DNA of 64,000 bases, taken from positions 22,010,001 to 22,074,000 of the forward strand of contig OX597827.1 of assembly GCA_951406725.2 (NCBI GenBank), given 5' to 3'. Both the position numbers and the translations under genes were made by a program. Source of the stretch: Octopus vulgaris (taxonomy: Eukaryota). The notes below the pieces were generated by a model. It saw only the letters and a program-made list of their open reading frames with translations, was not told the DNA's origin and ran no database searches. Shown here one piece after another: positions 12,267-24,285 of this stretch (within the stretch, counting starts at the first letter, position 1; each line of letters opens with the position of its first letter).

Positions 12267-12697
12267 GTATATAATACAATTTTACTGAACCTTCAGTTTT
12301 TTTTTATATGCTAGACCACTGGTGTGAAATCGATGTTAATTAAATTAATATCTAATTTCTCATATATAACCACATTTGAATTGTTGCCAATTTTTTTTCC
12401 CCTGTCTTCCTTTTCAATTGGACTTTCCTCTGTCTCATGTTTCCCAAGAAGAGCTTTGCTCGAAATGTAAAACCATCTTTCTCTCCTTCCTTGAGCGTCT
12501 GCCAATACTTTACATGTACCACATCCTCGCGTTGTTGTTTTTTTGTGTTTGTTCTTTGTTTTTGGGGATTTATACACACACACACAACACACAAACCTCT
12601 CTTTCTGTTTGAATTGTACTGTCTTTCTCTATTAATATTCCCCTGCATACATGTCTATACGAACTTGTTACTCTGTGAACTACACTCTGATCCCTAT

Positions 12698-12733
<36 letters not shown>

Positions 12734-12759
12734 TTAACCTCCCTGTTTGTATATTGCAG

Positions 12760-13255
12760 ATGTGACAATTCTGGCAAGTCCCCACTGAATGTGGCTGCCC
12801 ACTGGAAGTTAAAGGACATGATAAGTATCCTACTGACTGCGCACAGTGATGTGAACATGACTGATAAACGGGGCCACACCCCGCTCTATGTGTGTGTCAG
12901 CTCGTTGAGCACCGGCCTCTACAAGGAAGACCTTAAATACCAAGTGCCCTGCATCAAGGTGTTGTATTGTGCTGGCTGTGACATGCTCAATCTTGTTGAC
13001 TGGCTGAAATGGAAAGGTCCCGGCATCCCTCCTGAGCTGCTGTCTGACAAGGGTGATGAAGCGTTCTTTGAGTGGTACACCACCAGCATACGGTCGCCGC
13101 ACTCCCTCTGCAACTTGTGCCGTAAGGTGATTCAACAGACTCTGTGTGCAAATAATTCCTCGCAGGACTACATGAAGCTTGTATCAACTTTACCACTGCC
13201 TCACAAACTGCGTGTCTACCTGTCTCGCAAAATGTTTCACTTGCCCACATCCTGA
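12760..13255 (+). CDS. ASB-family protein, terminal coding exon (ankyrin repeats plus SOCS box)
   Basis: Acceptor ttgcAG ends at 12759 and its phase matches exon 2 (AA+A = Lys). Ankyrin motifs GKSPLNVAA and GHTPLYVCV precede a SOCS box (BC box SLCNLCRKVI, Cul5 box LPLPHKLRVYL). TGA is at 13253-13255. The spliced CDS is 231+242+496 = 969 nt, or 322 aa. The exact ASB orthologue is not assignable by eye. Confidence 0.95.
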
Positions 13256-13296
13256 TAAAGATGACTGATTCTATGTATGGGAGAGAAGGAAGGAGT

Positions 13297-13340
<44 letters not shown>

Positions 13341-13431
13341 TGTTAGGTGGAATGGTGTAGAGATGAGCAGCAGTGGTTCAGGGGTTATTTCCGTGGTGGT
13401 GGTGGTGGTGGTGGTGGTGGCAGTGGTGGTG

Positions 13432-13660
13432 GCGGCGGTGAGCTGGCAGAAACGTTAGCACGCTGGGCAAAATGCGTAGCCATATTTTGTCTGCCATTAC
13501 ATTCTGAGTTCAAATTCCGCTGAGGTCGACTTTGCCTTTCATCCTTTCAGGGTCGATAAATTAAGTACCAGTTACGCACTGGGGTCGATGTAATCGACTT
13601 AATCCGTTTGTTTGTCCCCTCTGTGTGTAGCCCCCTGTGGGCAATAAAGAAATAAAGAAA
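13432..13660 (+). mobile_element. tRNA-derived SINE family B with Nin/Deu-like core, just downstream of the ASB stop
   Basis: Head ggcggtgagctggcagaaacgttagc, B box gagttcaaattc, core gcctttcatcctttc.gggtcgataaattaagtaccag, tail aataaagaaa. Confidence 0.82.
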
Positions 13661-16600
13661 TCGGTGGTTGGGGATGGTTGTAAGGATTTGGAGCTAAGAA
13701 CTTGGAAAGTAGGGGTTTAATGATGGGGAGAGATAATCTGGGGGCTGAATCAAGCAGATTCCTTTTTGTTTTTTATTTGCATAAATCCCTACTCATAGAC
13801 TGACACCAGCACCACCAACACCACCACTTACCTCATATACACTCTTACCACCCCTACTACTAAATTACTTTCACACACACCACCACTACCACCACACTAT
13901 AACACACCCCTGCCACACTGATGCCATCACCACTGCCTCCCCCATCATGTATGTTGTTCCACTTTTAGTTGTATTTTTTAAAACTGCATATAAAGTGAAA
14001 AATGTCAACCCACCCCCATGCCCTAGTTGAGGACATGTTCCTGCACACATTGATGATGCAGTCATTGCAGGTTTTGTTGCTGTCCTTCATTCTGTCCTTA
14101 TTTGTCTACTCACTGCACTCATTGTTAGTGTAATAACTGTGGCCCCTTTTGGTTAGTCATTCTAATCAGACTGCCGCCCACCATACAAATGCCATGCATT
14201 GTCCAATCTTCAAAATGACAAGGTACTCAATACTTCTTCAGTGCCACAGACTTCTGCTCTTTGCCCTCTTTAAACTTGAGGCAACTTTCACGTGAAGAGG
14301 GAGTTTCTTTGTAATGTCTTGACCTGGTCAATGTAGCAGTCAAGTTCCCTGCTCTCTTTAAAATGTTAGGACCACATGAGACAGGAAGTTTCTTTGTAGT
14401 GTCTTGACTTGCTTAATAACAAACTTCCTGATGCTAGCTTTTAAATAGGAGCCAAACAATTCAGCATAGCTGCTCCCTACTATCTTTAAAAGCAGCAAAC
14501 TTATTCAAATCCTAAATCCAGGACAACATTCCTCAATCAGGAGGATTAAAACCTTCATCCACTTACCAATGTCTGTGCCCAGGGGTGCACTGATCAGAGC
14601 AGCCCCATCAATAACAGTATGACCGAACTATTCCCCCACCCCTCCTTCCACACAAAAATCGAACCACTGCAAGGTTTGAATTTTGTTACAGTGCAAAGCT
14701 CTGAATCAAAGCCCCAAATTGTACTGGCTCTGCCATCACTCAAAATTGTCATTTGTTAGGTGTGTGGGTTTGACTGGAGAGGAGTTGAAAGAAAACCTAA
14801 TGTTTCCCTGCGAGGCCCAACATCCTGGGTTTTAGAATGAGAGATTCTGATCTGTCTCCCTATTCAACTATTTTTTATTTCATGTATGTGTTGACCACAG
14901 AATGTCTAGAAAAACACTTTATTTTATTATTTTATTTCAAGGCCCAGTATTTTGATGCTTAGCGGAATAGCAAGAGAAAGGGATAGGAAGTGTAGAGGGG
15001 AATGGGTCTTCGAAATGCTAAAGTGTAATTTGAAGGTGAGGGGAATATAATTGGTGGAAATGATAGAAGAGGGAGATGGGTGTCACAAGTAAAATGGCCT
15101 AGGGTTAGCAAGGGGTTAGGGAAGTTTAGTTACAGCAACTAGTGACTGAGAACACAATGTGAGGGTGAGACTGAAATTGTGTAAATGTTTGTGTATTGTT
15201 GGTTGAGACAGGTTTCATAACTTGTCTATGGAGGAGGAGGAGGAGGAGCAAATTGTTCTGGTTGAAATGAAACAGGGTTTCACAACTTTAGCAATCATAT
15301 TATCATCATACATTATCTACAGTCATGGATTAGAGGTAATCTGTGATGGCGTTTGTCTATTGATGACTTTCTTTTGAATGTTTGATGACTGAAGAATGTA
15401 AAAAAAAAAAACTATTGTGACAAAAAAGACTGAAAAATAAGTAGAGAGAACTAAGAATTTTAATTAAAAACAGCCAAACACTACCCTTTTTTTTTTTTTT
15501 TTTTTTTCTTTTTAAAATTCATTTTCAGAAAGGAAAATGATGTTATGAACAGGTGATGGTTTGTAGAAAAACTGTTCGAATTAAAAACCAGTTCTTTACC
15601 ACTTAGAAATTGAAGGACACATTGGCCAATGTTATTCTAAATAAACAAACAAAGCAAAAAAAATAAGATGGTCATCTTTGGATTGCCTTTAATCATACAT
15701 CTACCCATCAATAGCTGACTCAGGCTAAACAGTAGCAACAACAATTTCCAGAGTTCCATGGTAACAAGGTAGCCTCTGCTAGAAACAACAGCCATATATA
15801 TCTTAAGTTACAATCCTGCCATCATGAAAAGGAGGAACTTATTGAATAATGCAGTCCTAGATACACTATGCCTGAATCAAAGATAATCTGGAGCATCTTT
15901 GATCATAGACCTGCATTGAGCAGGACTGATCTTGGATTAGCAAGAGCAGCACCAATAGCAACCCTAATGGTAGACTTAGGCAGAATTAGGGACACTGTTG
16001 CCCATCTCTCTGTTCTATCCTACTTGGACGTGAGTGTCAGGAGGAGAATGAGGTTTTTAAGGGTCTATTTCCTTTCAGTTTTTCTTCCCTGTATGACTAC
16101 TTATTTTCATATTATTGTTTAACCCCAGGTCAGCCCTGATCCGGCAAGCTTATCACCTTAAACTTTCTAGTCATGAATTAGTTTTAGATGTAACACATCT
16201 TGAAATTACGTTATCTAATATGACCTTCCATCTTGTAAGGTATGATTTGAGAAATATTTGGCTGCCATTTCTAGCAGGGAAATAGGTTCAGTTGGCTATT
16301 ACACAGGTGAGTTGATGGGTTCCTAAAGGATGATGTCTTGAATATTTTGTAATATTTTGATAATGGAAAGAAAAAAAAATCAACAACTGAAAATACCATA
16401 CTGTTAAATGTTCTGAAGACCCAGTATTTGGGGTTCCAATTCTACTACTGGCACTGTGCGAGGTTGTTGTCTGGGATCCACTTCTGCAAATATCTCAGTA
16501 TATTTTGCTATGAGATAAGCAGTGTTGCCTCCCCAAACAAGTTTCAGTGTTTCTCCTTAGCTAAAAATCAAACCAAACTACATACATGAACACGTATTGT

Positions 16601-16734
16601 GTGTGTGTGGGGGGGGCATGAATTACTACAATCTTTTGGATGATAATTGAAGAGGATTTACCAATATTCTATGTGTGTATTTTCCATTTGTTTGCACTTC
16701 TATATATATATATATATATCTTTATATACATATA

Positions 16735-17532
16735 TGGGGTGTGGTGAGTAAACTGTTGTCTAAATTATGCAAAAATGAAAATAACACTGACATCTCATTT
16801 TAAATATATATTTACCAAAATTACATAAAAATATCTTGAAATACTAAAGAATAAATTTATTCAATAAAATTACCATTAGCTTCAACCACGACCTCCCGAC
16901 GACTTTGGAATCTCCTGCAACTCTTCTGGACTGTCTCCTTGTTTAAGTTGGTGAATGCTGCCATAATCCTTGCCTTCAGTTCGTCTTTGGTGTTACAAGG
17001 ACTTTTGTTGGTCTCTTGCTCAGCTGCGTTCCATGCATAATAATCAAGAGGGTTGCAGTCTGGGGAGTTAGGTGGCCAGTTGTCAGGGGTGGTGTGGTCA
17101 CAGAAATTGTCTGACAGCCATGACTGTATTTTGCTTGTGTGGCATGATGCAGAGTCTTGTTACCAGACATAGGGTCTTCCAGCAGCAACCCTCTTGACCC
17201 AAGGCAACACTACCTCCTCCAGGCACTTGATGTAGGCCTCTGTGTTGAGTCTGAGGCTATGTGGGAAGATGAATGGAGGCATAACATTGCTATCACTAGT
17301 GGTCACTCTAAACACCATGATATTTGATTTTTATCACTCTCGGTACATGTCCTCAGATTGCATGTTCATATTAGAGCTTCTGGTGCAAATACCAAACAGC
17401 ATGTTGTTTCCAAATTTCTATACGGTGCCCAACTAACCCTACTATACTGTGTAGTTGACAAAATCAAAAACAAACAATACGCATGCACAAAATTAAAAAT
17501 ATGAAATGGTGACAATTTACCCATCTCACCCA
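16735..17532 (-). mobile_element. maT (DD37D) transposon remnant
   Basis: Reverse-complement homologue of 6405-7296, with a WPPNSPDCNPLDY motif on the minus strand. Confidence 0.85.
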
Positions 17533-20082
17533 GTATATATATATATATACATACATACACATACATGTATATACCTGTGTAATATGTTACCATTATAACA
17601 GACATGTTTATTTCTTCATTTTTTTCCCCTCTCCCCATCTGTTTTCTTGCTGCTTTCTTTCCTCAAAACATCAAAGACTTCTTCCATTTTTCCTGAGCAT
17701 CAAAACCAAGACATTGTGTTTGTTGTTCCTCACCTGTTTCTGCCTTCTGTTTTTTATTTATTTTTTTTTTTTTGCATACAATTTTGAACCATATTTATAT
17801 ACAGGTGTTACTTAAGCCTGCAGTCTACCTGGCCATTTACACATTAGCTTGCAGTTTAATTCTGACACTAATAACACTGATCTTAATGCTGACTCTCATT
17901 CTAAACCCTAATCCTAACCCAGATCAGATCATTTCATAGTGTAAAGTGAAGTGAAATGAGATGCAGTGAGCTGATCAAGTCAATTTTTGAGTTTATTTGT
18001 TGCATATTATATGATAAATTGTAGCTCAATGATTGCTTCTGTGGATAATCCAGAAAGCCATTATTATTATTAGTACCGTTCAATTGTCAGGCAATAATGC
18101 TGTGCTTGAGAAGACCTGTTGAGTCAAGTGAAATCATTGTCGTGGCCGATGCCAATGCTTCCTGACTGGTACCCATGCCAGTGGTACGTAAAAAGCACCA
18201 TTCGTGATCAATGCCAGTGCCACCTGACTTGTCCCTGTGCCGCTGGCACATAAAAAGCACCCGCTGCACTCTCAGAGTGGTTGGTGTTAGGAAGGGCATC
18301 CAGCTGTAGAAAGCTTGCCAGATCAGTTTGGAGCCTGGTGTAGCCTCCTGGCTTGCCAGTCCTCAATCAAACCATCCAATCCATGACAGCATGGAAAGCG
18401 GACACTAAACAATGATGATGATGATGATTAATATTAATACTATGCATTATATATTATTTTTGCTAATATTAAAATAACTTTCTGTTGAAACTCTGTTAGC
18501 TTTCTTGCCCCAGTAGCAGTCGTAGTGGTTGGTATTAAGGAATGATAATAATAAAAACAATGTATTCTTCTGTGGCTAATAGAATAAATTCTCTAATTCT
18601 CTCAGTTTTTAAAGAGACATAAAATACATATGTCCTAATTCATTTCCCTCCCTTTTCCCATTGCGCATAGATATGTGAATAAGTATGTGTTTATGCTTGT
18701 ACATCATCATCATCAGTGTTGCCCATAAAAAACACCATCCGAGCGTGGCCGTCTGCCAGCCTCGTCTGGCACCTGTGTCGGTGGCACATAAAAAACACCA
18801 TCCGAGCGTGACCGTCTGCCAGCCTCGTCTGGCACCTGTGTCAGTGGCACATAAAATCACCCACTACACTCTCGGAGTGGTTGGCGTTAGGAAGGGCATC
18901 CAGCTGTAGAAACACTGCCAGATCTGACTGGCCTGGTGCAGCCTTCGGGCTTGCCAGACCCCAGTTGAACCGTCCAACCCATGCTAGCATGGAAAGCGGA
19001 CGTTAAACGATGATGATGATGATGCTAGCTTGGGTGGGGCGGTTTCACAAGAGCCGGCCAGGCAGAAGCCTGCTCCAGACTTCTGTGACTTTTGGCAGGA
19101 TTTTTACAGCTGGATGCCCTCCCTAACACCAACCACTCAGCAGGGTGAACTTAGTGCTTTTTACGTGTCACAAGTACATGCGAGGTCAGTTTTGGCAAGG
19201 TTTTTACAGCTGGACACCCTTCCGAACACTAACCACTTCTTGCCACAGAGCCATGCCTATATATATCAAGGCATTAGCATATAAATATTCCCATGGACAA
19301 CTGACCTTGAAGTCTTCCTTTGTAACATGGAAAATTAAAACAAAAAGCAGCAGGCTGAGAACTGAGGCTTGACAAACACACATTTACACATTAACTTCTC
19401 TCATTTTACTAACCACATCACTCTACATGATTTGCACTATTCTTACAAGCCATTCATCTTCTTGTTTTCTTAAAGACCACCAAACAATAAAAATTCCTTC
19501 CTCAGATTAACAAATGCTTAGCAGAGAAAAAATATTTTTTTTCCCAATCTCAAAGCTTTTCTTTCTCACCAGGAAACAATCATCAGTCATACCCCAGCCT
19601 AGCATTACTGTGAACTGCTTCTCTCTGAATATGATTTTATTCCGAATGAATTGTGCTAAGAATCTTTATTTTATATTCATAATTTGATAGCTCTGAGCTG
19701 TGGTTCTCAACTGGAATCCATATGATCCATGGGATTTTGTGGGGGTCCCCGCTAGCCAAGTAGTAAACTGGGGTTCCACAGTAGTATTTTAAAGACCCAA
19801 GAATAAATTTTGCTTTCATTGGTATTTTACTCCTAAGAAACAGCTAAGTTTCTTTTTCAAATGTTTTACATAGGCCAACAGTGTTCTTTCAGAGAGTGTT
19901 ATTGTAAACCTACACAATAAAGGAATTTTGAAGGAACTGTCTACAAGACTGGTTTTTAAGCATCAAAATTAGGTAAAGAATTAGACATGGAAAGATATGA
20001 ACACAAAATATAGAGATTCGAAGTTAAATACATAAAAATATGTAATAAATTATGACATTGTTTCTTGATGAGATGAGACACT

Positions 20083-20493
20083 CTCTTTTACTCTTTTACT
20101 TGTTTCAGTCATTTGACTGTGGCCATGCTGGAGCACCACCTTTAGTCGAGCAAATCAACCCCAGGACTTATTCTTTGTAAGCCTAGTACTTATTCTATCG
20201 GTCACTTTTGCCAAACCGCTAAGTAACGGGGACGTAAACATACTAGCATCAGTTGTTAAGCGATGTTGGGGGGACAAATACAGACACACAAACACACACA
20301 CACACACATACATATACATATATATATATATACGACAGGCTTCTTTCAGTTTCCGTCTACCAAATCCACTCACAAGGCTTTGGTCGGCCCGAGGCTATAG
20401 TAGAAGACACTTTCCCAAGGTGCCACGCAGTGGGACTGAACCCGGAATCGTGTGATTGGGAAGCAAGCTACTTACCACACAGCCACTCCTGCG
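20083..20493 (-). mobile_element. tRNA-derived SINE family A, near full length
   Basis: Reverse-complement full copy from gcgcaggagtggctgtgtggtaag to the (gtaaaaga)n tail. Confidence 0.88.
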
Positions 20494-21246
20494 CAAATCA
20501 TTTTAATTATTAAGGATGGGAAACCTCAGCTTCATACATCTTTATTTGCTTTTCTTTCTTTTCTTTTGAGCATTCTTATTTCCTTTGTGGAATTCAAGCC
20601 ACTAATCGAGTGACAAGGCCTAATTGTTGATGTCAAGACAACTGCTTAACTGGATTAGCTGGTGTGTACATGTGGATGAACTTGCACTCAGGTAATGGGT
20701 GTGTATTTCACTCTCAATGACTCCCAACACTCCGCATGCATTGCAGTACTTGTCTCAGTGCCATGTACACATTACAATCTCATGGAACACAGCCACATCT
20801 CTACACATGTGGTCTTTTGAATATCACTCATACTGAGCCAGTATGTTCACCGAGATGTTTATTTTTCTCCCTCTGACATTCATTCTCTTAACACCTTTGC
20901 AAAGGGGGTATTTTACCTGAAATATCAAAATTAATCGAATATTTCCTAAGTCATTGTCATTCTTTATCAATCTACATCATTGGAAATCTTTCATTTATGA
21001 AGTGCATACAACATGTACGGACATATTGTGAATAGATGTGTGTATCGTCTTTCACTTGTTGATAACCAGTGTAGTTTATTCCTGTAACTTAGTGGTTCAG
21101 CAAGAAAAGATTGATACAATAACGACCAGGTTTAGAATATAATTACAGAAGTTGATTTGATCAGCTAAACTCTTCAAAGTGGCTGCCAGGCAGTGACTGA
21201 AACCAGTAAAAGAATAAAACAATATGTGTGTGTGTGTGCAAGTATG

Positions 21247-21290
<44 letters not shown>

Positions 21291-21620
21291 TATTGGTAAA
21301 AACGGTAAGATAACAAAAGAAACCTCGATATTATGTAAATAGAGGAAATAAATGGCCAGATACCCGAAGAGATGGTGTTGTGGATTTCCACCTCGGCATC
21401 TGAAACTCAGAGTTTTATCTTGGCTATTGAATGATTGTCACATATTATTTTACAGATATATATATATATATATATAGATATATATATGTATGTGTAGATA
21501 TATATGTATGTGTATATATATATGTGTGCATATAAATATGTGTTTATATATATATATGTGTGTGTATATATATATGTGTATATATATGTATATATATATA
21601 TATGTATATATATATATGTG

Positions 21621-21651
<31 letters not shown>

Positions 21652-21814
21652 GTATATATATATGTATATAATAAATATAAGAGAGTGGTCACTATATTGC
21701 TCACTCTAGCACCAGTTAATCCAAAAGGTTTCAACCACGAAAATACATGCTTCCCATGAAAGTCAGTACGATTGTTAGCTCACACGGACAGGGCAAATAA
21801 AAAATAACAAAAAT

Positions 21815-21911
21815 ACAGATTATTTTGGGACAATTGTTTCGCTATCAATGAATTAAATGTAATTTTACCTACAAAAAATCCATTTGTAGCTCGTCAGCCA
21901 AGACTATCTGG
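21815..21911 (-). ncRNA. Type I hammerhead ribozyme, copy 1
   Basis: The minus strand reads uugg-CUGACGA-gcua...uagc-GAAA-C-aauu-G-UC^ccaa. All core nucleotides are present, stems I and II are complementary, and stem III is the palindrome ACAAUUGU. Predicted cleavage is between 21829 and 21828. Confidence 0.88.
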
Positions 21912-22348
21912 ATGAAATCCACTCAATCACACGCCAGATTTTACCATAACGATAAATACGCGTGTGGTTCAATTGATTACATCCGACGTTATAATTCAAA
22001 TGCCCCAACTAACAGCGCGCCAAACTTTCACGGAAAACAAATACAGCATTTAGAAATAAATGCAGCATAATTATAATTAATTAATAAGGGTGAGAGAATT
22101 AGATACTAATTTAATAGTATATTTATTCAACACCAAGTGGCCTAGTGCTCTGAGAAACCTGGATTATTATAATATTTTATAATATATTATAATATTTTTA
22201 CAAAATAAATATAAGAGAGTGGTCACTATATTGCTCACTCTAGCACCAGTTAATCCAAAAGGTTTCAACCACGAAAATACATGCTTCCCATGAAAGTCAG
22301 TACGATTGTTAGCTCACACGGACAGGGCAAATAAAAAATAACAAAAAT

Positions 22349-22445
22349 ACAGATTATTTTGGGACAATTGTTTCGCTATCAATGAATTAAATGTAATTTT
22401 ACCTACAAAAAATCCATTTGTAGCTCGTCAGCCAAGACTATCTGG
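22349..22445 (-). ncRNA. Type I hammerhead ribozyme, copy 2
   Basis: Identical to copy 1; GUC^ site between 22363 and 22362. Confidence 0.88.
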
Positions 22446-22882
22446 ATGAAATCCACTCAATCACACGCCAGATTTTACCATAACGATAAATACGCGTGTG
22501 GTTCAATTGATTACATCCGACGTTATAATTCAAATGCCCCAACTAACAGCGCGCCAAACTTTCACGGAAAACAAATACAGCATTTAGAAATAAATGCAGC
22601 ATAATTATAATTAATTAATAAGGGTGAGAGAATTAGATACTAATTTAATAGTATATTTATTCAACACCAAGTGGCCTAGTGCTCTGAGAAACCTGGATTA
22701 TTATAATATTTTATAATATATTATAATATTTTTACAAAATAAATATAAGAGAGTGGTCACTATATTGCTCACTCTAGCACCAGTTAATCCAAAAGGTTTC
22801 AACCACGAAAATACATGCTTCCCATGAAAGTCAGTACGATTGTTAGCTCACACGGACAGGGCAAATAAAAAATAACAAAAAT

Positions 22883-22979
22883 ACAGATTATTTTGGGACA
22901 ATTGTTTCGCTATCAATGAATTAAATGTAATTTTACCTACAAAAAATCCATTTGTAGCTCGTCAGCCAAGACTATCTGG
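22883..22979 (-). ncRNA. Type I hammerhead ribozyme, copy 3
   Basis: Identical to copy 1; GUC^ site between 22897 and 22896. Confidence 0.88.
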
Positions 22980-23557
22980 ATGAAATCCACTCAATCACAC
23001 GCCAGATTTTACCATAACGATAAATACGCGTGTGGTTCAATTGATTACATCCGACGTTATAATTCAAATGCCCCAACTAACAGCGCGCCAAACTTTCACG
23101 GAAAACAAATACAGCATTTAGAAATAAATGCAGCATAATTATAATTAATTAATAAGGGTGAGAGAATTAGATACTAATTTAATAGTATATTTATTCAACA
23201 CCAAGTGGCCTAGTGCTCTGAGAAACCTGGATTATTATAATATTTTATAATATATTATAATATTTTTACAAAATAAATATAAGAGAGTGGTCACTATATT
23301 GCTCACTCTAGCACCAGTTAATCCAAAAGGTTTCAACCACGAAAATACATGCTTCCCATGAAAGTCAGTACGATTGTTAGCTCACACGGACAGGGCAAAT
23401 AAAAAATAACAAAAATACAGATTATTTTGGGACAATTATTATAATATATTATAAAATATTATAATAATCCAGGTTTCTCAGAGCACTAGGCCACTTGGTG
23501 TTGAATAAATATACTATTAAATTAGTATCTAATTCTCTCACCCTTATTAATTAATTA

Positions 23558-23558
<1 letters not shown>

Positions 23559-23644
<86 letters not shown>

Positions 23645-23659
23645 GTATATATATATGTA

Positions 23660-23754
<95 letters not shown>

Positions 23755-23775
23755 GTATATATATATATGTATATA

Positions 23776-23820
<45 letters not shown>

Positions 23821-23847
23821 GTATATATATATATGTATATATATATG

Positions 23848-23898
<51 letters not shown>

Positions 23899-24285
23899 GT
23901 ATATATATTTATGTATATATATATGTATGTATATATATATATGTATGTATATATATATATGTATGTATATATATATATATATTTATGTATATATATTTAT
24001 GTATATATATATATATGTATGTATATATATATATGTATGTATATATATATATGTATGTATATATATATATTTATGTACATATATATTTATGTATATATAT
24101 ATATATGTATGTATATATATATATGTATGTATATATATATATGTATGTATATATATATATATATGTACGTATATATATATATATATGTATGTATATATGT
24201 ATGTATATATGTATATATATATATATATGTATGTATATATGTATGTATATATGTATATATATATATTTGTGTGTGTGTGTGTGTG
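23559..24285. repeat. Long compound (TA)n/(TATG)n microsatellite
   Basis: Direct inspection. It is the source of the spurious YIYI ORFs. Confidence 0.97.

Larger units (their letters stand above)
21671..23558 (-). mobile_element. Tandem array of 534-bp hammerhead-containing units with terminal inversion (retrozyme / Penelope-like pseudo-LTR array)
   Basis: Units start at 21671, 22205, 22739 and 23273 (period 534, no differences seen by eye). The fourth unit stops at 23437. The segment 23437-23558 is the reverse complement of the unit's last ~125 bp. Both flanks are (TA)n-type microsatellite and no ORF is present. Confidence 0.88.

Noticed and set aside
12437-12759. N-terminal 108 aa of the 272-aa ORF
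   Set aside because: This is intronic repeat and microsatellite sequence that is in frame by chance. The real exon starts at the acceptor at 12759.
21359-21420. Degenerate hammerhead-like motifs here (ccgaaga-gatg..catc-tgaaac) and near 25265-25305(-), 26835-26875(-), 34690-34736(+), 47210-47265(+) and 53070-53141(-)
   Set aside because: Core nucleotides or stem II are broken in each. They are probably decayed Penelope-type relics but cannot be supported individually.
21671-23437. Tandem array considered as CRISPR, 5S/rDNA or snRNA cluster
   Set aside because: There are no unique spacers and no recognisable rRNA, tRNA or snRNA sequence. The hammerhead and inversion explain the array better.
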